IMG/VR virus record: IMGVR_UViG_3300025594_000002 | DNA from: a virus | Strand: one strand, 5' to 3' | Length of the DNA: 39,420 nucleotides | Shown here: one piece after another, positions 1 to 6,275 of the stretch | Numbering within the stretch: position 1 is the stretch's first letter | Layout: each line of letters begins with the position of its first letter | Notes under the pieces: generated by a model | What the model was told of the DNA's origin: nothing | Databases searched by the model: none | What the model saw: only the letters and a program-made list of their open reading frames with translations | Position numbers and translations under genes: made by a program

Positions 1-129
1 CTCCTTTAGTGGCTGTAACTTAAAGAAGGTAACTTTCCTACATTGCTCGCCAAGTTCATCTAATTCAGCCTTAGCTGTTACCAATTCTGCTTTAAGTTGC
101 TCGATTTCTTTAATATCTGCTAGTGAGCG
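1..129. repeat. Terminal direct repeat, copy A (identical to 39292..39420). Either the assembly overlap of a circular or permuted genome, or true terminal redundancy.
   Basis: Read directly: bases 1-129 (ctcctttagtggctgtaactt...ctgctagtgagcg) recur exactly as the last 129 bases of the window. Confidence 0.9.
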
Positions 130-288
130 AGTGTGGCAAAGGTCAGCATGTGCATAATCCCAATCTCTCCCACCATCGTAATCTTCCATAGTCATATATC
201 CGCTTTTGCCGGCTGACAAGTAAAACCCATTATTATCAACATGAGTCGCACCCTCTGGCGCATTGTCTATAATCTCTTGGTTAGTCAT
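1..288 (-). CDS. NAPEGATHV-family small early protein, 5' part. The gene runs off the left edge and is completed by 39280..39420, about 99 aa in total.
   Basis: ATG at 288..286 overlaps the TAA of the upstream gene. Hand translation: MTNQEIIDNAPEGATHVDNNGFYLSAGKSGYMTMEDYDGGRDWDYAHADLCHTRSLADIKEIEQLKAELVTAKAELDELGEQCRKVTFFKLQPLKE, open to base 1. It is a paralog of 1077..1328. Confidence 0.55.
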   Translation of the reverse strand, partial: MTNQEIIDNAPEGATHVDNNGFYLSAGKSGYMTMEDYDGGRDWDYAHADLCHTRSLADIKEIEQLKAELVTAKAELDELGEQCRKVTFFKLQPLKE

Positions 289-752
289 TAGCCTTGCTCC
301 TTTAGTTTTTTGGCATAAATAAGCGCCCTATTTTTAGCTACGGATTCATCGTACTGGCTCCCCAAAGCCCACTTACAAGCAGACACATACCCCTTAACCA
401 CGCCTTTCGCCTGTTGCTCAAGGTCGCGTATTGCTAAATCTTCATATGAAACACACCTTGTTTGCGTGACTGTTTCATATGCTGTATTAAGCTCAGCATT
501 CTTCTTTCTAAGCTCGACAAGTTCCTTAATGTCTGTGAGTGAATGGTAATCTTCCATGCTTTCGCTATCTACCTTCTGAAATGAATAAATGTAATCTTGA
601 CTAGTGGGGCAAAAGTGATGCCACTCAAAAAGACCACCTTTCAATCTCCAGTACTCAAAATCTCCGCTAGATTCAATTTCAACATGCGTCGCACCCTCTG
701 GCGCATTCTCAAGTATCAATTCATTTGCTGTTTTGCTGTCGTGTTTAGTCAT
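288..752 (-). CDS. Hypothetical early protein. N-terminal NAPEGATHV module plus a C-terminal RDLxQQAKG module.
   Basis: 154-aa ORF. ENAPEGATHV is shared with 1..288 and 1077..1328. IRDLEQQAKG is shared with 38724..39014. It ends in KEQG at a junction motif. Confidence 0.65.
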   Translation of the reverse strand: MTKHDSKTANELILENAPEGATHVEIESSGDFEYWRLKGGLFEWHHFCPTSQDYIYSFQKVDSESMEDYHSLTDIKELVELRKKNAELNTAYETVTQTRCVSYEDLAIRDLEQQAKGVVKGYVSACKWALGSQYDESVAKNRALIYAKKLKEQG

Positions 753-1080
753 TGGGTAACTCCTCTGTCATTTCTGCATCTAGCAGTTTTTTTGCCTCTT
801 CCAGTCTATCTATAGCAATATCAATAGACTTGGTATTATCAAAAACTAAATATACTTTTTCGTGATTCGGCATATTGTTTACTACTTTAGCGTGGTCTCC
901 TTTATACACCCCAAAAGGTTTATCCATTAATTTATCTCGGACAATCTGTATTCCTGCTAAGTCACCATCCCACCCGACAGTTGATATTCTAGTTTTACCA
1001 TCTCCAAAACTAGCAACTTTCGATTCGACTTTATCTATTCCAAATATTTGATTGCTTATTCCGTATTCAATTTTCATCAC
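745..1080 (-). CDS. Hypothetical early protein.
   Basis: 111-aa ORF in the same-strand gene chain. Its start overlaps the upstream stop by 4 nt (1077-1080) and its 3' end overlaps the next gene's start by 8 nt (745-752). Confidence 0.6.
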   Translation of the reverse strand: MMKIEYGISNQIFGIDKVESKVASFGDGKTRISTVGWDGDLAGIQIVRDKLMDKPFGVYKGDHAKVVNNMPNHEKVYLVFDNTKSIDIAIDRLEEAKKLLDAEMTEELPND

Positions 1081-1328
1081 TTCACCTTCCTGTTATCAAT
1101 CCACGCGTCAAGTTCTTTTGTTCTAGCTAATAGCATTTCTTCAAGCTCTGCAATGCGCTTAATGTCTGCTAGTGAGCGGGTAGTAGTAGCTCTTGTTGCC
1201 TCAAATCTTTTAGTTTCATCATGCCATAAATTCCATCGCCAACGTGCATTAAAAGCAAAGTAATCATTTTCTTCATCAACATGCGTCGCACCCTCTGGCG
1301 CATTGTCTATAATCTCTTGGTTAGTCAT
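1077..1328 (-). CDS. NAPEGATHV-family small early protein (paralog).
   Basis: 83 aa, MTNQEIIDNAPEGATHV...RSLADIKRIAELEE. The first ~65 nt, including the upstream junction, are near-identical to 243-305. Confidence 0.65.
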   Translation of the reverse strand: MTNQEIIDNAPEGATHVDEENDYFAFNARWRWNLWHDETKRFEATRATTTRSLADIKRIAELEEMLLARTKELDAWIDNRKVK

Positions 1329-1552
1329 TCGCCTTGCTCCTTTAGTTCCTCGTAACGGTTAACCCAGTATTTAGCATCAGCAGCAGCATCAGCAGCAGCA
1401 TCAGCAGCATAATAAGCAGCATTAGCAGCATAATCAGCAGCATAAGCAGCATTAGCAGCATCAGCAGCATCACGATTATCGTCTAACTCTTGCTGCGTAA
1501 CTGACGTAGGGTCAACTAACCACTTCTTTACTAGTTCTATGTGTTTATTCAT
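1325..1552 (-). CDS. Ala/Asp/Asn/Tyr low-complexity repeat protein, paralog 1 (75 aa).
   Basis: Conserved ends MNKHIELVKKWL..SVTQQELDDNR and YWVNRYEELKEQGE flank an (AAx)n array encoded only by GCT and xAT codons. Junction motif at both ends. Confidence 0.7.
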   Translation of the reverse strand: MNKHIELVKKWLVDPTSVTQQELDDNRDAADAANAAYAADYAANAAYYAADAAADAAADAKYWVNRYEELKEQGE

Positions 1553-1563
1553 TCGCCTTGCTC

Positions 1564-1773
1564 CTACGCTTGATTTTTACTATGACGATAACGCAAGCCT
1601 ACTAAGCTTATTTCACGTCTATGTAGCATTGACGCTATTGCACCGGCGGGACGGTCAAAGTGTTTCGCTAGGTCTTTTAATCTATAACCAAGGTATAAAA
1701 CCAAGTCGATTAACTCAACTATGCGCTTATCCCACCATTCTTTTTTTGTTTGTATGCTTGGGTTTGGATTCAT
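1564..1773 (-). CDS. Small putative HTH DNA-binding protein.
   Basis: 69-aa ORF. The segment YRLKDLAKHFDRPAGAIASMLHRR resembles a sigma-70 region-4 / LuxR-type helix-turn-helix. 4-nt overlap with the upstream gene. Confidence 0.5.
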   Translation of the reverse strand: MNPNPSIQTKKEWWDKRIVELIDLVLYLGYRLKDLAKHFDRPAGAIASMLHRREISLVGLRYRHSKNQA

Positions 1774-1973
1774 TTCTTTAACGCCTTTACATTAGTAATA
1801 ATTGTTTTTAACTGACCTTGTTGCTTTAGCCATAATACTGAGTGAATAACCATGTCTATGCGCTCAGGGTAGTTGTTTGACCAATCGTATATTGTACGGT
1901 CTGGCACTGGATTATTTGCCTTTAGAATGCCAGGCGTAATACCAGCCGCTTTGCATTTGTCTTTTAATGTCAT
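1770..1973 (-). CDS. Hypothetical early protein.
   Basis: 67-aa ORF, the first gene downstream of a sigma-70-like promoter. Confidence 0.55.
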   Translation of the reverse strand: MTLKDKCKAAGITPGILKANNPVPDRTIYDWSNNYPERIDMVIHSVLWLKQQGQLKTIITNVKALKK

Positions 1974-2004
1974 TTCCTAACCCCTTCCGATTCAATTAAC
2001 CCTA

Positions 2005-2032
2005 ATATTAGCGCGATTACCGCATTAATCAA
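2005..2032 (-). promoter_or_regulatory. Sigma-70-like promoter (TTGATT-16 nt-TAATAT).
   Basis: The minus strand reads ttgatt aatgcggtaatcgcgc taatat in the 200-bp gap between dnaB and the next gene. Confidence 0.4.
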
Positions 2033-2177
2033 GGTTTATTTTCAATCTTTTTAACTGAGCCATCAAACCACCAAGGTTTATCCTTCCTCAAATCCTTCTC
2101 CACCTGGTCTTTGTTTCGCTTATCCATGCTTATAGCGGTTATTAGCCCGCGGTCAGTCTTTATTTGGTATAAGGGCA

Positions 2178-3515
2178 TTAGCCGAATCTATCTTTTGTTT
2201 CAGCTTCTACATATTCAGTATCGACACATTGAAAGCGTTGATAGTCTAATTGGTTTTCTAGCATCTTCACGCCAGTTTCGCCAAACCTTACCTTGTTGAA
2301 TATCTCGCAAGTTAGCATTCCTTTGTGCGGTTTAAGGTCTTCACTCGGTGTGTGTAAGAACATTAAAACGTCTGAATCATTCTCAATGGCTCCTGTTTCG
2401 CGTAAGTCTGATGCGTTTGGAAAGCCTGTTGAATTTTTCTTTAACTGAGCTATTACAATTACAGATGAGCCTAATTCCATCGCTAGATCTTTTAACCTGT
2501 TGCTTGCGTTGGTTAATTCTGAGTACATGTTGTTGCTGTCGATTTTTAAGCGCTGTATGTAATCAACTACAATTAAATCTAGTTCGTTATACTTCGCTTT
2601 TAGCTGCCTAGCTTTGCGCTCAATATCGCTTATAGATAATCCTGAACTATCATCAATGTGAAGCTTTGATTTTTTAACCACTTCAATTGCATTTGCTGCA
2701 CATGACCATTGATAATCGTTTAGCTCTGCTGATTTAATTGCAGAAAATGGTACATTACCAATATCACTGACTAGTTTCATCATTCCTTTTTGCCGCTTCA
2801 TTTCCATACTGAAGAACAATGAACGCCTGCCCATTTTTGTATAGTGCGCGAGTATATTCATAGCTCTGGTAGTTTTACCGCTTCCAGACCTGCCAGCAAT
2901 CGCCAGATAGTCACCAGTATGTAAGCCACCTGTTGCATCATCTAGGTGCTTATCTCCAGTACACAGCCCACTCATGCCTCCGTCTGTTTTACCTAACCTT
3001 TCCAATTCATCAATAAACGCACTACAAAGCTCTGGAGCGTCTGCAATTTCATTCTCACCCCTTTCTACGAATAAAGGCTCGATATCGCTGTACAGTTTCT
3101 CACGGGTTTTTTTATAGCCACTCTTAGCATAAACCTGATCTAATGCTTTGTGGCAGGCTTCAATTATCTTTCTTCCGTTCCATTCCATGACAACCATTTC
3201 GCAGTAAGTCATAACGTTTGCAGATGTTGGTGTATTTCTGGCTAGTTCGCCAATGTATGCCATGCCTCCCGCATCGTCTAAAGTACCAAGTGATTCTAAT
3301 AAGTCACAAATTGTTAATAGGTCGATAGGCTTTTTGTTTTCTAGCAGGATCTTAATTGCTTTGTATATTTCACGATGAGATAAAACATAAAAGTGATCGT
3401 GATTTATAATTTCAACAACTGAGTAATGACAATCTGAATTTATAATCATCGAGCCTAAAACGGATTGTTCAGCAGCTAGTGAATGTGGTGGTATTTTTAA
3501 TATTTGATTATTCAT
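2178..3515 (-). CDS. dnaB: Replicative DNA helicase, DnaB family.
   Basis: 445 aa. N-terminal DnaB-type sequence PPHSLAAEQSVLGSMI, Walker A GRSGSGKTT, and C-terminal RecA-like domain motifs (VVDYIQRL, SVIVIAQL). Confidence 0.92.
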   Translation of the reverse strand: MNNQILKIPPHSLAAEQSVLGSMIINSDCHYSVVEIINHDHFYVLSHREIYKAIKILLENKKPIDLLTICDLLESLGTLDDAGGMAYIGELARNTPTSANVMTYCEMVVMEWNGRKIIEACHKALDQVYAKSGYKKTREKLYSDIEPLFVERGENEIADAPELCSAFIDELERLGKTDGGMSGLCTGDKHLDDATGGLHTGDYLAIAGRSGSGKTTRAMNILAHYTKMGRRSLFFSMEMKRQKGMMKLVSDIGNVPFSAIKSAELNDYQWSCAANAIEVVKKSKLHIDDSSGLSISDIERKARQLKAKYNELDLIVVDYIQRLKIDSNNMYSELTNASNRLKDLAMELGSSVIVIAQLKKNSTGFPNASDLRETGAIENDSDVLMFLHTPSEDLKPHKGMLTCEIFNKVRFGETGVKMLENQLDYQRFQCVDTEYVEAETKDRFG

Positions 3516-4209
3516 CGCGCCACTGAGCCTCCGTTAAGAACCTAGCCAACTGCATGTTTTCAAATCTTCCACGATCAGCATTGTGGGCTTCTTTGCAAAA
3601 TGCAGCCATTGCGTTTACTTCAGCTTTGAATTTTTCAGTGGTATGAGTCATGAAGTATTTTTTATTAAATAAAGGCTTCCAACGTTTTTCAAGGTTGAAG
3701 GATTTTGGAGATGTGTCGACTTTACCTATGGCCTTTTTAACTGGCTTCCATGATGTAGACCAAAACCATTCAAAAGCTTTTTCAACCACGTTAGATTGGT
3801 CGTTAGACCTATCATTAGTATCTGACTGGTTCAATGACTGATTAACTGACTGATTATGCACCCCGTTTTCGGGATCATCCAAAGTACCGTTTTCGGGATC
3901 GTCTATCATACCGTTTTCGGGATCATCCCAATTTCGGATTGACTGAATAATTATTTTTAAAACTCTAACTCTTTGAGACTGCCCAACACGCTTGCCAGTG
4001 TCTTGAACTAGCCCAAAATTAATAAGTTTTGTGATGTTTAATTGAACTGTTTTTTTGTTTAATGCTGTGTCTTTAGATATTCGCTCTATTGATGGGTAAC
4101 ATCTATGCCCATCGTTATCAGCTCGATCAGCTAATGATAAAAGCGTAAGTTTTAAAGTAGCTGGTTTGAGATTCATATCCCATACAGCTTGGGTGCAGTC
4201 TCTACTCAT
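3508..4209 (-). CDS. Replication initiator / HTH replication protein (phage O or DnaD-like role).
   Basis: 233 aa. N-terminal winged-HTH-like region (LKLTLLSLADRADNDGHRCYPSIERISKDTALNKKTV). Lies immediately upstream of dnaB and overlaps it. Contains the iteron array. Confidence 0.6.
   Translation of the reverse strand: MSRDCTQAVWDMNLKPATLKLTLLSLADRADNDGHRCYPSIERISKDTALNKKTVQLNITKLINFGLVQDTGKRVGQSQRVRVLKIIIQSIRNWDDPENGMIDDPENGTLDDPENGVHNQSVNQSLNQSDTNDRSNDQSNVVEKAFEWFWSTSWKPVKKAIGKVDTSPKSFNLEKRWKPLFNKKYFMTHTTEKFKAEVNAMAAFCKEAHNADRGRFENMQLARFLTEAQWRDE
3863..3934. repeat. Three 24-bp tandem iterons (core CCGTTTTCGGGATC, each with a GATC), followed by an AT-rich tract. Candidate replication origin inside the initiator gene.
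   Basis: Cores start at 3863, 3887 and 3911, an exact 24-bp period. They encode DDPENG x3. The AT-rich tract aataattatttttaaaac follows at about 3946-3963. Confidence 0.55.
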
Positions 4210-4332
4210 TATTGTATACCTTTTTAGTGTAAATCCAGCCTACTGAACGCCTCCGCTAAAGAGGATGCCCGATAGTTTTAGCGTCTATCGGGCGGATTCA
4301 CTAGGTATTTGCAGCCTGGCGACTACCCGTTA

Positions 4333-4360
4333 ATTATACTATAGCCTTGTTTATTGGCAA
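4333..4360 (-). promoter_or_regulatory. Sigma-70-like promoter (TTGCCA-16 nt-TATAAT) for the replication operon.
   Basis: The minus strand reads ttgcca ataaacaaggctatag tataat, about 125 nt upstream of the initiator ATG. Confidence 0.5.
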
Positions 4361-4376
4361 GGGGCTTTTTGTTTGG

Positions 4377-4607
4377 TTACTCGTCAAACTTCAAAACATC
4401 AGGCTCGTGTAGTGCTAGCCAAGCTATACAGATTTGATTGAACTGTTCAATGCTAAATACATCTTCAGATCCAAACACATCAACACATACCATATTGCGT
4501 TCAGCGGATATTGATAAGTCACCCGATTTTACACCGCATGGTTTCCCGTTCTCATCTGTTATATAGCTTAGAAAATCAGGTTTTTTAAATTCTATTACGT
4601 TATCCAC
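4377..4607 (-). CDS. Hypothetical early protein.
   Basis: 76-aa ORF with a GTG start preceded by AGGAGAGGATT. Confidence 0.6.
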   Translation of the reverse strand: MDNVIEFKKPDFLSYITDENGKPCGVKSGDLSISAERNMVCVDVFGSEDVFSIEQFNQICIAWLALHEPDVLKFDE

Positions 4608-4620
4608 AATCCTCTCCTCT

Positions 4621-4725
4621 TTAATTTAAAGCTAAATACACATTAACAACTACCAGTGCAAATATAGCTATTGTGTAAAGTGCTTTGTGTGTTTGTATCT
4701 GGCCCTGGGTTCGTGTTGGTTTCAT
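4621..4725 (-). CDS. Small hydrophobic peptide (34 aa), single predicted TM segment.
   Basis: Hand-translated as MKPTRTQGQIQTHKALYTIAIFALVVVNVYLALN. The ATG is preceded by the same AGGAGAGGATT Shine-Dalgarno string as the next gene. Confidence 0.4.
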   Translation of the reverse strand: MKPTRTQGQIQTHKALYTIAIFALVVVNVYLALN

Positions 4726-4760
4726 AATCCTCTCCTGTTTATACTGTTAGTTTTGTTAAT

Positions 4761-5072
4761 CTAAAATAGTCTTATCTGCCTGCTTTCTTCATCTGATTTT
4801 TCATTTTTTACAACATGATACCAGTGGCTAACGTGAGGCTGAAATCCTAGAGCGTATAAAGGCAAATCATTATTTAATATCGCCATAGCTATTGCCTTGT
4901 AGCTAGGAACTCGCATTGACTTCATTAATCCGGTTGGTACCTCGTCTGGGATTCCGTCAGGATAACAGCGATCCTCCCATACTTGCTCGTAACTTTTTAC
5001 TCTCGATATACATGTTCTCCCATGATGATATTGCTCTGATTGCTTCCTTATTTGCCAAATATTGTTGCTCAT
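4761..5072 (-). CDS. Conserved phage protein, C-terminal module. Probably the downstream half of a gene split from 4957..5370 by a 1-nt frame change.
   Basis: 103-aa ORF overlapping the upstream ORF by 116 nt in another frame. PSYKAIAMAILNNDLPLYALGF resembles the C-terminus of the IbrA-like protein. Confidence 0.5.
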   Translation of the reverse strand: MSNNIWQIRKQSEQYHHGRTCISRVKSYEQVWEDRCYPDGIPDEVPTGLMKSMRVPSYKAIAMAILNNDLPLYALGFQPHVSHWYHVVKNEKSDEESRQIRLF

Positions 5073-5370
5073 AATTTAAGTTCTTCCAAGCTTGTCTTGT
5101 TATATCTTCAGGAATGCCCAAGGCCAACGCAACAGCGGCATGACCAATCCACGCTTTTCTGTTCATATAATAATCAGTTAATGCGTTTTCGCAACTAACA
5201 GGCCATTCATTTACAACTTTAGTCATATAGAAACCGTATAACTTGTGGCTTCCAGTGAAATCAATAGCGATTAATGTTGATCTCTTTCTGTCAGAGACAG
5301 TGCCCCACATATTGTGCGGCACCTCCTCCCATTTATAATATGGGTGCCAAACCCTTTTAAACTTCCTCAT
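4957..5370 (-). CDS. Conserved phage protein, N-terminal module (see the frameshift finding).
   Basis: 137-aa ORF translationally coupled to the ParB-like gene by a 14-nt overlap. The frame ends 12 codons after an A5 run. Confidence 0.6.
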   Translation of the reverse strand: MRKFKRVWHPYYKWEEVPHNMWGTVSDRKRSTLIAIDFTGSHKLYGFYMTKVVNEWPVSCENALTDYYMNRKAWIGHAAVALALGIPEDITRQAWKNLNYEQQYLANKEAIRAISSWENMYIESKKLRASMGGSLLS

Positions 5371-5884
5371 CGTTCTCTATCGACCACGATTCAGAGAAGT
5401 CTTTATTTTGAAATAGTGATGCCAAACCGGTTATCTGCTTAAGCCTTAGCAGCTCATCTGCACTCATCCCTATGTGCTGGCATATCCATCTATCGCCTTT
5501 ACCCATCTCGACAAGCTCAGAAACTATCGTGCTCATCAGCTCTATGTTGTGCGATCCTCTAGCCCTGTTATGCCTAATCGTTGATGCCATCCTATCGTGC
5601 ATTTCTTTGTCAAGAACAACACAAGGCAACACACCGCCTTCACGCTCTAAAATTCGCTTTGAGTTTTTAAGCGTTAAGAACCTATGGAATCCATCTATAA
5701 CAACATATTTATCATTCTCCTTGTCATAAACAGTTACTACTGGCTGTGTATACCCATCCTCCCAAATTGAAGTTTCTAGCAATGCCATTTCTGGAGGCGC
5801 AACGCTGTTTGGGTTGTAATCGTTCGCTGTTACTTTTTCAATTGGCACTGGTATAACGTTATACACTGGTGATTTATAAGTCAT
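5357..5884 (-). CDS. ibrB: ParB/Srx N-terminal-domain protein (IbrB-like).
   Basis: ParB-type motif VVIDGFHRF and TIRHNRARG. I chose the start at ATG 5884 (MTYKSP...) because GGGAG lies 8 nt upstream and it directly follows the stop of the previous gene. The ORF track extends it to 5941. Confidence 0.75.
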   Translation of the reverse strand: MTYKSPVYNVIPVPIEKVTANDYNPNSVAPPEMALLETSIWEDGYTQPVVTVYDKENDKYVVIDGFHRFLTLKNSKRILEREGGVLPCVVLDKEMHDRMASTIRHNRARGSHNIELMSTIVSELVEMGKGDRWICQHIGMSADELLRLKQITGLASLFQNKDFSESWSIENDEEV

Positions 5885-5885
5885 A

Positions 5886-6275
5886 TTAATTACTCCCATC
5901 AGTTGAGTATGAACCATCTTCTCTGTGCGTCTCTCTTGCAATTAGCGGAGGATTCCAAGAACATAGTAGCGTGGTTTCTTCCATAGCTTGAAAATAATGC
6001 GGATCGTTTTTATCAAGAATATAGGTGTCGCCTTCTCTTATCCAATGCTCATGCCCAGTCTTTGCGCATGTCAGTATTGCCAAGCCCTTTATGCAATAGC
6101 ATGCCTCAAGGTGGTTTTTATAATGCTGAAACACTTTGCCAGCTTCTGGCATTATTGTTGTTCTTGTTAGTCCAAAGCCCATGCCATCCTTTTTCAATAT
6201 AATTCGCTTGCTTACACCAGCGTGAAAATCAACTACTCTATCTTTCTCTAAATTAGCATGATTAACTATTTTCAT
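5886..6275 (-). CDS. Ectoine-synthase-like cupin (EctC family).
   Basis: 129 aa. HYKNHLEACYCIKG, GDTYILDKNDPH and ETHREDGSY line up with the EctC signature HYKHHFEAVYCIEG...GDIYILDQHDEH...EVHREDGSY, as I recall the Halomonas EctC. Confidence 0.75.
   Translation of the reverse strand: MKIVNHANLEKDRVVDFHAGVSKRIILKKDGMGFGLTRTTIMPEAGKVFQHYKNHLEACYCIKGLAILTCAKTGHEHWIREGDTYILDKNDPHYFQAMEETTLLCSWNPPLIARETHREDGSYSTDGSN

Noticed and set aside
4343-4375. Plus-strand hairpin (agccttg..caaggggct) followed by TTTTTG, resembling a terminator or an oop-like antisense RNA end.
   Set aside because: No credible plus-strand promoter within 150 nt upstream. The nearest -10-like TATACT would give a ~28-nt RNA. 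The sequence overlaps the -35 of the minus-strand promoter and may be coincidental.
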